Source: a virus
Taxonomy: Duplodnaviria; Caudoviricetes
DNA length: 42,754 bases
Direction: 5' to 3' (one strand)
IMG/VR virus record: IMGVR_UViG_3300042291_000463
Span: 1-42,754 of that record
Shown: positions 1 to 8,889 of the stretch, in pieces
Layout: each line of letters begins with the position of its first letter
Numbering within the stretch: position 1 is the stretch's first letter
Notes under the pieces: model-generated
Seen by the model: only the letters and a program-made list of their open reading frames with translations
Databases searched by the model: none
Told to the model about the DNA's origin: nothing
Translations under genes and position numbers: made by a program

Positions 1-2
1 AA

Positions 3-3000
3 TCAGTACATACATTTGTATCTGCATCAACTGGAGCAGTTAAACATTTACCACAAGCAGCACATACATTCGTAAGAGCTGATAGAAATGCAGTAACTCC
101 TATACCAATAATAATAACACCAAATACGAGTGCAAATATTAAAGTAACTGATGCTACTCAATATTTAGGAGGAACGCCAGCAACACAAACTGAAGCTAAC
201 GCAATATCGGCATCTATTTCTATTGTAACAAACATAATAGCAAATGGTACGGGTTCTTTACCAACTGTAACTTTATACACATCATCAATATCATCTTCAA
301 ATGTAGTAGCAGCTTATACTATACTAAAAAGTAACTTAGATTTTATAGTATCTGAAAGTATTGCATATTTAAGTTCATCTTGGAGTACTGCATCTTACGA
401 TGAAAGTAAGTGCAGACGTGATTTAGCATTTATACTTAGTGGTTCAGCCGAAGATTTAATATGGAACGCAAATTCAGCATCGGTATTCAATGGTAAGTTT
501 TATTACCAGTTTCCATCACAAGCGCAAGGTGCACAATTAAATCAAACATTAGATGGTATTAAATACGCATCACGTTTGGCACAAAAATTAGTATTAAATA
601 CTCTATTTGTAACTCAATCGGCGCAAGTTCAAACTGCATATACTATTTTGGTTAATAATAAAGAGCTTATTAAGGATGAAGTAATACCTTATATAAGTTC
701 ATCTTGGAGTACACACCAATATATTGAATCAACTTGTAAAAGAGATGTTGGTCATATTATAGATGCAGTTACTACCGATTTATTATATGGTGGAAATGAA
801 AGAACTGTAAATGCTGGAATATTTTATTATCAATATCCATCCGATGCAACTGGTTCACAAATACAGGAGACTGTAACAGGTATTGAATATGCTAGAAACC
901 TTGCATTCAAAATTCTTAGAGGAAATACATTCGTAAAAGTATCGCAAAATAAATTACAAGCAAAAGAATTAATTTATAACAATAGAGCATTTATACAAAA
1001 TGAAGTTATAAGTTATATTTCGGCAAGTTGGAGTACAGCATCTTATAATGAAGTAACTTGTAAGAGAGATGTAGGACATATCTTAGATGCGGTAACAACT
1101 GATATAGTTTATGGTGGTAATGAGAGAAGTATAAATGCTGGAAAGTTCTATTATGAATATCCATCACAAGCTACAACATCTCAATTAGGACCAACATTGA
1201 GTGGAATCAAATACGCAAAAGATTTAACCGATAGTGTGTTAAAGAATTCAACATTTGTATCAGCATCTAATTCTAATGTTATTGCATACGAATTAATATT
1301 CAATAATAAGGCATTTATACAAAATGAAACCATTGCTTATCTATCTTCTTCTTGGAGTGCATTCAGTTATAATCAAACTACTTGTAAAAGAGATATTGGT
1401 TATATATTAGATGCGGTTGCAACTGATATTCTTTATGGTGGTAACGAAAGAGTAGCTAAAGCTGGTGAGTATTATTACTTATATCCTTCATTAGCAACTG
1501 TGGGTAACGATGGTGATACTGGTGGACAATTAAATCAAACTTTAGATGGTATAAAATACGCTAAAGGAATTACTGAAAAAATTGTAGCAAATTTATTATT
1601 ACAATCACCAACAACATCTGAATTAACTGGATTTAATTTATTACTTAATAATAAGAAGTTTATACAAAGTGAATCAATTGCGTATCTATCTTCTTCTTGG
1701 AGTGGTGGTGATGGATTCTATTATAACGAAACAACTTGTAAGAGAGATATTGGACATATTATAGATGCGGTTAGAACTGACTTGGTATATGGTGGAAATG
1801 AAAGAAGCTCTAAAGCTGGAGAATACTATTATCTATATCCATCAGCAGCAATTCTAACAGGTTCGGTTTCACCAACTGTAGCAACACAAAAAGGACCTAC
1901 ACTTGATGGAATAAACTATGTAGCTGGTACTGCAAAAAATATAATAGAAAATAAAGTATTAATATCACCAACTGGATTCGTAACATCATCAGTTAATTTA
2001 TTAAGACAGAATAAAACATTTATACAAAACGAAACTGTACAATATATAGATGCTTTCTTCCCTAATTTAGTTTATTTAAGAGAAACGTGTAGACGTGATG
2101 TTGGATATATTTTAGATGCAGTTATAACTGATACTTTCTATGGTGGAAATCAAAGAAGTGTTATAGCTGGACAATATTATTATTTATATCCATCGTTAGC
2201 AACAAAGAGTACGCAAGTTATAGAAACTGTTGCTGGTGTTGATTACGCAAAAGCATTAGCTAAAGCAATAGTTCAAAATATTAAATTAAATTCACCAACA
2301 CTAACTACAAATACTGATGGAAATATTAAGGTAACAAATACTACACAATATACATCATCTTTAGGTGCAACTACAATTGAAGTAAATCAAATTAGTTCAT
2401 CATTCGGTTTAGTAACTGGAATCATAAATGATGGGGTAAAATCATTTACACCAACTACCGCAACATACAATCCGGCGAATGGAGATTTTGTAATTACTAT
2501 TCCAAGTCATACATTGACAAAGTATAATAGTATTTACATCAAACCTGAATCATTTGTATTCACTTGTGAAATGGATGGTAATAGAACGGAACACAAATTA
2601 CCTTCAGCTGGACAATACGCATATTCTAACAAATTACAAATACAATCAGTAACAACTAATACAATAACTGTTAATGTTGGAGTATCAGGACCTAATGTAG
2701 AGTTTACACCTACTAATGCAACTTATAATCCAGCTACTGGAGATTTTGTAATGACAGTAGGTACACATAGTTTAAGTATTGGCGAAGGAATTTTAATAAC
2801 AACGGGTTCAATCGCATTTACTTGTGATATGGACAACAATCAATCAGTTAAATCCTATCCTAGATTTGGTATAGACCCATACGCTGGTCGTTCTATGGTG
2901 ATAACTAATACTACACCAACTACATTGACGGTTAGTGTTGGGGCATCGGCGGCTAACAAATACTTTACACCATCCGCAGCTAATTATAATGCACTTACAG

Positions 3001-6000
3001 GTGATATGTCTGTAACTGTTGGACAGCATGGATTGGGCGTTGGTAGAAGTGTTATTTTAGCAACGGGTTCAATGGCATTTACTTGTGACCAAGACGGAAA
3101 TGCAACAACACATAGTTATCCTAGAAGTGGAAGTGGTGACCCGTATCTTGGAAAATCAATTGAGATAAAATCAGTTGGATTTACTCAACACACAGTAACC
3201 AATGCTCCATATAACGCTGAGACTGGAGATGTTACCTTAACAATAGCATCTCACGGATTTAGTAATGGTGATTATATTAAACTTTCTGATAACTCATTAA
3301 CTTACAATTGTGTATTGGATGATAATGTGATTTCAAAATCTTACCCTAGAGCTGGATATGATTATCCAAGCGGAAGATGGTTAAGTATATCTGGTGTAAC
3401 TACAAATACGTTTAACATCAATATAGGTGCATCTTCATATACAAACTCACATACATTTGTGACAGCAAGTATTAATGGAGTACAAAGACAAGATGGTATC
3501 TTCACAATCAATGTAGGGGATGCTGGGAGTGCTTCTGGCTCAATACATACATTTGTATCAGCATCGGCAAACGCTGTAAAATACCTACCGCAATCAGTTC
3601 ATACGTTTGTATCTGCATCAGCTGGTGCAATTAAACACTTACCTCAAGCAGCTCATACCTTTGTTAGAACTACTAAAAATTCAATCAGTACATTACCTGT
3701 ATTGGTTCAAAATGGAGATAGTTTAATTAAAGTAACAAATACAACTCAATACTCATCATCGATATCAGCAAGTGGAGCCGAATTGGATATTATTACATCA
3801 TCATTTAAGCATGTAGCTGATATTATTGAAAATGGTGTTGCATTTGTACCGGATTCATTAGTAAGAAACTATAATTATGGATTTGAATTAGCTACACCAA
3901 CTTTATTACATATAAGTTCTAAAGAACAAACAATTGGTACGGGTTCATATAACTTATCAACTCAAATTACAAACGTAAGTTCTTCTTATGGTACTGTTGT
4001 AAACGTTGTTAAAAACGGATTGAGTGTATTACCTACATTAGTAACAAATACATCATCATCTTTAAAAGTAACAAATGCAAATCCGATAAGACAAGCAATA
4101 TCAGCATCATCTTTTGATACTAATAAGATTGCAAGTGGATTTGATTTGATATTAAGTGTAATTGAAAATGGAACATCTGTTCTACCAACAATTATATCAA
4201 ATACATCAGCAAGTATTAAGGTAACTAACACACCACAATTAATAAGTGGAAGTGCATCTGGAAGATTGCAAGGTAAATTAATATCATCATCTTTATCTTT
4301 GGTAATTGATGTTTTATTAAGTAATGGTACAAGCTCAATTGGGTTTAGACCATCGACATATCCGATAGCAAATACAAATGTAAAAATAAATTCGGCATAT
4401 AACTTATTAGTAAGTAATTCTAAATTCATAGTTGATGAAACTATTGCTTATATGAGTTCATCTTGGAGTGGATTTGAATATACACAAAGTAAATGTGAAA
4501 GAGATTTGACTGGAATCCTTAGTGGTTCTGCATTTGACCTTTTATATGGTGGTAACTCCGCATCTTTGTTTAATGGTAAGTTCTATTTTGATTTCCCATC
4601 AAACGCTACTGGTTCTCAATTAGACCAAACAATTACGGCAATCAAATACGCAAGTGGATTGGCAGAAAAGGTGGTATTGAATACTCCTTTTACACATATA
4701 TCAGCATCAATTAACCAACCAACATCGGCATCTTGGAATTCATTGAGAACTAACAAAGAATTTATACAAAGTGAATCAATTGCGTATCTATCAGCAAGTT
4801 GGGCTAAGCATGATTATAACGAAACAACTTGTAAGAGAGATATTGGATACATTATAGATGCAGTAGCAACTGATTTACTTTATGGTGGCAACGAAAGAAG
4901 TGTGATAGCAGGTAGATACTATTATGATTATCCATCTCAAGCTACAAACGCACAATTAGAACCAACATTGACTGGTGTAAGATACGCAAAAGGAACGGCT
5001 ATGAACGTAGTTGTTAATAAGCAGATATTTACAGCATCTTTAGAAGCTCAATACGCATACGATTTAATAAAGGCTAATAAATTATTCATACAAAGTGAAA
5101 GTGTTGCATATGTAAACGTTAAATACCCTAACTTAGATTATAGTGAGAGTAAGTGTTATAGAGATTTAGGATATATCATTGATGGCGTAGCAACCGATTT
5201 ACTTTATGGCGGTAACGAAAGAAGTAGAAAGAATGGGGATTACTATTATCAGTTCCCATCACAGGCCAATGGGTTTGGTTCGCAAGTAATTCAAACAACG
5301 GATGCAATTAAGTACGCAGCTAGATTTACAACAGCATCTATTAGTAGTACATTAATAGGAGCACCTTCTATTATACTTAATACTTTAGGAAATATTAAAG
5401 TAACTAACGCTATTCAATATATTTCAGCATCATCGGCAACTTCTACTGAAGCAACAATACTATCGGCATCAATTGCTATCGTAACAAACATAGTTGCTAA
5501 CGGAACTGGTTCAGCAATAGTATCAGCATCATTAAGTTTACCAACTTCATCTTATACAACTGCGGTAAGTAATGATAATAGATGGATTGCATACGGAATA
5601 CTAAAAAATAACATTTCATTCATACAGGATGAAACTATTGCATATTTATCATCATCTTGGTCAACGGCATCTTATGATGAAAGTAAGTGTAGACGTGATG
5701 TTGGATTAATTATAAGTGGAGCAGCTGAAGATTTGGTATTTAACTCAAATTCAGCATCTTTAGTAAATGGTGTATTCTATTATGATTTCCCATCACAGGC
5801 ACAAGGAGCACAATTGAATCAAACGCTTGATGGAATAAACTACGCAAGTAAGTTAGCACAAAAAGTAATTCAAAATGTAACTTATGTAACTGCATCAGCA
5901 GTTGTATCAGCATCATACGCATTAATAAGAAAGAATAGAGAGTTTATACAAAACGAAACTATCGCTTATGTATCTTCTTCTTGGAGTACGGCATCTTACG

Positions 6001-7883
6001 ATGAAGTAACTTGTAAAAGAGATGTTGGACATATCATAGATGCAGTTTCTACGGATTTATTATATGGTGGAAATGAAAGAAGTACAAACGCTGGGGTATT
6101 CTATTACTTATATCCATCACAAGCGCAAGGTTCACAATTACAACCTACATTAGCAGGTGTTAAGTACGCAGGACAAACTTCTAAGAATGTTGCGGCATCA
6201 TTAACATTTGTGACAGCATCACAATTAGTATCAGCATCGGTTAATTTGTTGAGAAATAATAGAGAGTTTATACAAAATGAAACCCTAGCTTACTTAACTG
6301 CTAGCTGGAGTACATTTGAGTATGATAAAGATAAGTGTAAGAGAGATGTTGGTTATATCTTAGATGGTGTAACAACTGATTTACTATATGGTGGAAATGA
6401 AAGAGGTGTATTCAGCGGAGAGTTCTATTACAAATATCCATCTAAGGCAATTATTGAAGGAGATGGTGATGGTGTTGGGCAATTAGGACAAACAATTGAT
6501 GGTATAAACTACGCAAGTAGAATAGCACAAAAGATTGTAAAAAATACATTGTTTGTAACAGCATCAGTAGAGGCATCGGCATCATTTGATTTATTAAGAA
6601 AGAACAAATCATTTGTAGCAGCTGAAACTATCGCTTATGTATCTTCTTCTTGGAGTGGTGTATATTATAACGAAACAACTTGTAAGAGAGATGTTGGTTA
6701 CCTAATAGATGCAGCAGCAACGGATGTATTATATGGTGGACAAGAAAGAAGTGTTATAGCTGGACAGTATTATTACTTATATCCTTCTAACGCAATCAAT
6801 AAAGGTGTACCATCAACTCAAAATCAATTAGACCCAACTCTTACTGGTATCAGATATGCTGGAAAGTTATCTAAAAAAGTAGTAATCAATCCAACTTATT
6901 TAGAACCATCTGCATCTTTAGTACTAACAGCAAAATTATTGACAGATAACAAAACGTTAATACAAAAAGAAACTATAACATTCTTATCTTCATCTTGGAG
7001 TAATTTAAAATATAATGAAGTAAGTTGTAGTAGAGATTTAGGATTTATCATAGATGCAATCAGAACTGACTTAGTTTATGGTGGCAATGAAAGAAGTATT
7101 GAAGCAGGTTCATACTATTATAAATTCCCATCCGTAGCAATTGTGGATAGTTATGGTGATAATAATGGACAAAAGAAGCAAACGATAGATGGTATTAACT
7201 TCGCAAGAGGAATATCTGAAAAAATTGTAGCAAATACTTTATTAACTTATTTAGCACCTGCAACTAAGAGAAGACAAGCGGCTGAAAGATTGAAATCTGG
7301 TAAGGATGAATTAAAACAAAGAGCAATTGGATATACAAATGGAGCATTTCCATATTTAGTATATAATGAGGCTAGTTGTTCACGTGATACTGGATTTATT
7401 GTAGATGCGGCTGTAACTGATTTATTATATGGTGGAAATGAGAGAGGAATCAGAGCAGCATCTTCATATTATGATGGTCAGTATGGAAGTGCAATAGCTG
7501 TGACTAGAGACCAGTTATTAGAAACATTGGAAACAAATCGTTATCTAAGAACTAGAGCAGAGTTTATAGCAGCGGGTGCACCATTAGAATCATTTGGTTC
7601 TCTAATTGTGGCAACTGGTATTGACTACTCTTATAATGGTAGTGGTGTAACGTTTAAAGCACTTCCTCCAAATCAGGGTGGTAGTGGTGTTGCAAATCCA
7701 ATATTTGAAATTACCGAATTGGGTGGAGGTAGAATCTTCTTTACATCTGGTAATCAGGATGGTGACTTTAGAATTGGTACTGGATTGAGTATTAATCAGG
7801 CAACTGGTACTCTTGTGGGTAGAACATTTAGTAAATCTCTATTCTCATTAGTAACTCCGTTCTCATTAGCACTACAAATATAA
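3..7883 (+). CDS. Giant repeat-containing putative virion structural protein (5'-partial, >=2626 aa) with 15 CxRD helical repeats and nested beta-domains
   Basis: The frame of ORF 576..7883 is open back to position 3 (SVHTFVSASTGAVKHLPQAAHTFVR...SKCRRDLAF) and that stretch contains the same repeat types, so TTG at 576 is not the true start. Repeat unit about 108 aa: N+xFIQxETIAYLSSSWS..YxExxCKRDVGYIIDAVxTDLLYGGNERS..AGxYYYxYPS. Lies at the head of a structural gene cluster. Confidence 0.85.
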   Translation, partial: SVHTFVSASTGAVKHLPQAAHTFVRADRNAVTPIPIIITPNTSANIKVTDATQYLGGTPATQTEANAISASISIVTNIIANGTGSLPTVTLYTSSISSSNVVAAYTILKSNLDFIVSESIAYLSSSWSTASYDESKCRRDLAFILSGSAEDLIWNANSASVFNGKFYYQFPSQAQGAQLNQTLDGIKYASRLAQKLVLNTLFVTQSAQVQTAYTILVNNKELIKDEVIPYISSSWSTHQYIESTCKRDVGHIIDAVTTDLLYGGNERTVNAGIFYYQYPSDATGSQIQETVTGIEYARNLAFKILRGNTFVKVSQNKLQAKELIYNNRAFIQNEVISYISASWSTASYNEVTCKRDVGHILDAVTTDIVYGGNERSINAGKFYYEYPSQATTSQLGPTLSGIKYAKDLTDSVLKNSTFVSASNSNVIAYELIFNNKAFIQNETIAYLSSSWSAFSYNQTTCKRDIGYILDAVATDILYGGNERVAKAGEYYYLYPSLATVGNDGDTGGQLNQTLDGIKYAKGITEKIVANLLLQSPTTSELTGFNLLLNNKKFIQSESIAYLSSSWSGGDGFYYNETTCKRDIGHIIDAVRTDLVYGGNERSSKAGEYYYLYPSAAILTGSVSPTVATQKGPTLDGINYVAGTAKNIIENKVLISPTGFVTSSVNLLRQNKTFIQNETVQYIDAFFPNLVYLRETCRRDVGYILDAVITDTFYGGNQRSVIAGQYYYLYPSLATKSTQVIETVAGVDYAKALAKAIVQNIKLNSPTLTTNTDGNIKVTNTTQYTSSLGATTIEVNQISSSFGLVTGIINDGVKSFTPTTATYNPANGDFVITIPSHTLTKYNSIYIKPESFVFTCEMDGNRTEHKLPSAGQYAYSNKLQIQSVTTNTITVNVGVSGPNVEFTPTNATYNPATGDFVMTVGTHSLSIGEGILITTGSIAFTCDMDNNQSVKSYPRFGIDPYAGRSMVITNTTPTTLTVSVGASAANKYFTPSAANYNALTGDMSVTVGQHGLGVGRSVILATGSMAFTCDQDGNATTHSYPRSGSGDPYLGKSIEIKSVGFTQHTVTNAPYNAETGDVTLTIASHGFSNGDYIKLSDNSLTYNCVLDDNVISKSYPRAGYDYPSGRWLSISGVTTNTFNINIGASSYTNSHTFVTASINGVQRQDGIFTINVGDAGSASGSIHTFVSASANAVKYLPQSVHTFVSASAGAIKHLPQAAHTFVRTTKNSISTLPVLVQNGDSLIKVTNTTQYSSSISASGAELDIITSSFKHVADIIENGVAFVPDSLVRNYNYGFELATPTLLHISSKEQTIGTGSYNLSTQITNVSSSYGTVVNVVKNGLSVLPTLVTNTSSSLKVTNANPIRQAISASSFDTNKIASGFDLILSVIENGTSVLPTIISNTSASIKVTNTPQLISGSASGRLQGKLISSSLSLVIDVLLSNGTSSIGFRPSTYPIANTNVKINSAYNLLVSNSKFIVDETIAYMSSSWSGFEYTQSKCERDLTGILSGSAFDLLYGGNSASLFNGKFYFDFPSNATGSQLDQTITAIKYASGLAEKVVLNTPFTHISASINQPTSASWNSLRTNKEFIQSESIAYLSASWAKHDYNETTCKRDIGYIIDAVATDLLYGGNERSVIAGRYYYDYPSQATNAQLEPTLTGVRYAKGTAMNVVVNKQIFTASLEAQYAYDLIKANKLFIQSESVAYVNVKYPNLDYSESKCYRDLGYIIDGVATDLLYGGNERSRKNGDYYYQFPSQANGFGSQVIQTTDAIKYAARFTTASISSTLIGAPSIILNTLGNIKVTNAIQYISASSATSTEATILSASIAIVTNIVANGTGSAIVSASLSLPTSSYTTAVSNDNRWIAYGILKNNISFIQDETIAYLSSSWSTASYDESKCRRDVGLIISGAAEDLVFNSNSASLVNGVFYYDFPSQAQGAQLNQTLDGINYASKLAQKVIQNVTYVTASAVVSASYALIRKNREFIQNETIAYVSSSWSTASYDEVTCKRDVGHIIDAVSTDLLYGGNERSTNAGVFYYLYPSQAQGSQLQPTLAGVKYAGQTSKNVAASLTFVTASQLVSASVNLLRNNREFIQNETLAYLTASWSTFEYDKDKCKRDVGYILDGVTTDLLYGGNERGVFSGEFYYKYPSKAIIEGDGDGVGQLGQTIDGINYASRIAQKIVKNTLFVTASVEASASFDLLRKNKSFVAAETIAYVSSSWSGVYYNETTCKRDVGYLIDAAATDVLYGGQERSVIAGQYYYLYPSNAINKGVPSTQNQLDPTLTGIRYAGKLSKKVVINPTYLEPSASLVLTAKLLTDNKTLIQKETITFLSSSWSNLKYNEVSCSRDLGFIIDAIRTDLVYGGNERSIEAGSYYYKFPSVAIVDSYGDNNGQKKQTIDGINFARGISEKIVANTLLTYLAPATKRRQAAERLKSGKDELKQRAIGYTNGAFPYLVYNEASCSRDTGFIVDAAVTDLLYGGNERGIRAASSYYDGQYGSAIAVTRDQLLETLETNRYLRTRAEFIAAGAPLESFGSLIVATGIDYSYNGSGVTFKALPPNQGGSGVANPIFEITELGGGRIFFTSGNQDGDFRIGTGLSINQATGTLVGRTFSKSLFSLVTPFSLALQI
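411..7560 (+). repeat. 15 copies of an ~108-aa (~324-nt) CxRD...YGGNERS protein repeat
   Basis: Cys codons near 411, 735, 1059, 1383, 1737, 2088, 4494, 4830, 5154, 5688, 6012, 6336, 6681, 7026 and 7377. Confidence 0.9.
2442..3690 (+). repeat. Four beta-rich repeats (ATYNPxTGD..H..FTCxxDxN..YPR) followed by four HTFV closing strands
   Basis: Read directly from the translation of ORF1. Confidence 0.8.
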
Positions 7884-7905
7884 AAAAAAATAAAAAAATA
7901 AAAAA

Positions 7906-8823
7906 ATGGCAGAAGTTTTTGTACCCTTAAATCGGTTTCAGTCAGTAGTAACAGGATTGACTGGAGAACCTGATGAAATATATACAACACCAGCGGGTGT
8001 ATCCTCGATTGTATTATCTTGTCAAATTACAAATAATAGTTTAGTAACACAACCTGTAACTATTTTTGTAACATCAAATAAAGAAATACCAGTACCTGAA
8101 TTTAGCGATATATACAGTGGTAGTGCGTTTGTTACTTCTTCTCTATCTTTATTGAATTTTAGTGGTAGTTTTGCTAGTGCATCTGTACTACTTAATTCAA
8201 ATAGACAATTTTTAAGAAAAGAAATAGCGGCATATACTTCTAATCAAAATAATTTATCAGAAACTCCATTTACTTTTATATCATCTTACTTTGAACAAAA
8301 TACTTTGGATGATGTTGATGCAGTAAAGTATGATATTGCAAATAATACAACAATCAGAACAAGTAAAGCAGCAAAAGCTTACTTTGATAAAAATGGTGTA
8401 TCTTTAATCGATTCAACTGAATATTCTGCATCTATATTTGCTTTGGACTATTTAAAAGTATTATCAAATCAAATTATAAAAAATCAATCAACAACTGGTT
8501 CTGCAGAATCCCCATTGTTATTTCAAAGTGGTGTAACGCAATCGGTATTAACCGGATTTGTAAATGGAACTGAATCTGGAATATCAGCATCCCTATATGT
8601 TGTTAATAGTTTAGTCGATGTTATTAAATCTACCATAGAAGCACCTGTATTAATAGAACAACAAGCGGTGAGATTGGTAACAAATGTAACAATTCCACCA
8701 GCGGATTCACTTTCACCGGTAGTTTCTGGTAAATTAGTGTTAGAAGAAACATATGGTTTCATAGTATCTGGTTCAACCGAATTAACAGTAGTCCTTTCTT
8801 TGCTAGAGAGTGCGAATGAATAA
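7906..8823 (+). CDS. Putative virion adaptor protein, paralog of 20981..21313, with an inserted degenerate helical repeat
   Basis: The N-terminus (NRFQS..IYTTPAGVSSIVLSCQITN) and C-terminus (LVTNVTIP..GKLVLE..VVLSLLE) align by eye with the 110-aa ORF at 20981. The middle resembles the ORF1 repeat (NRQFLRKEIAAY...DAVKYDI). Confidence 0.7.
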   Translation: MAEVFVPLNRFQSVVTGLTGEPDEIYTTPAGVSSIVLSCQITNNSLVTQPVTIFVTSNKEIPVPEFSDIYSGSAFVTSSLSLLNFSGSFASASVLLNSNRQFLRKEIAAYTSNQNNLSETPFTFISSYFEQNTLDDVDAVKYDIANNTTIRTSKAAKAYFDKNGVSLIDSTEYSASIFALDYLKVLSNQIIKNQSTTGSAESPLLFQSGVTQSVLTGFVNGTESGISASLYVVNSLVDVIKSTIEAPVLIEQQAVRLVTNVTIPPADSLSPVVSGKLVLEETYGFIVSGSTELTVVLSLLESANE

Positions 8824-8840
8824 CGATAATATTATAGATT

Positions 8841-8870
8841 AATATTTATAGTAGAAATTTCATATTTATA
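8841..8870 (+). promoter_or_regulatory. Two copies of the ATATTTATA putative promoter motif
   Basis: aatatttata at 8841-8850 and catatttata at 8861-8870, about 20 nt upstream of ATG 8890. The same motif recurs upstream of other genes. Confidence 0.55.
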
Positions 8871-8889
8871 ACAAAGCTAGCAAGAACTA

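Noticed and set aside
576-578. TTG start assigned to ORF1
   Set aside because: The frame is open and repeat-like back to position 3, so the gene starts upstream of the window.
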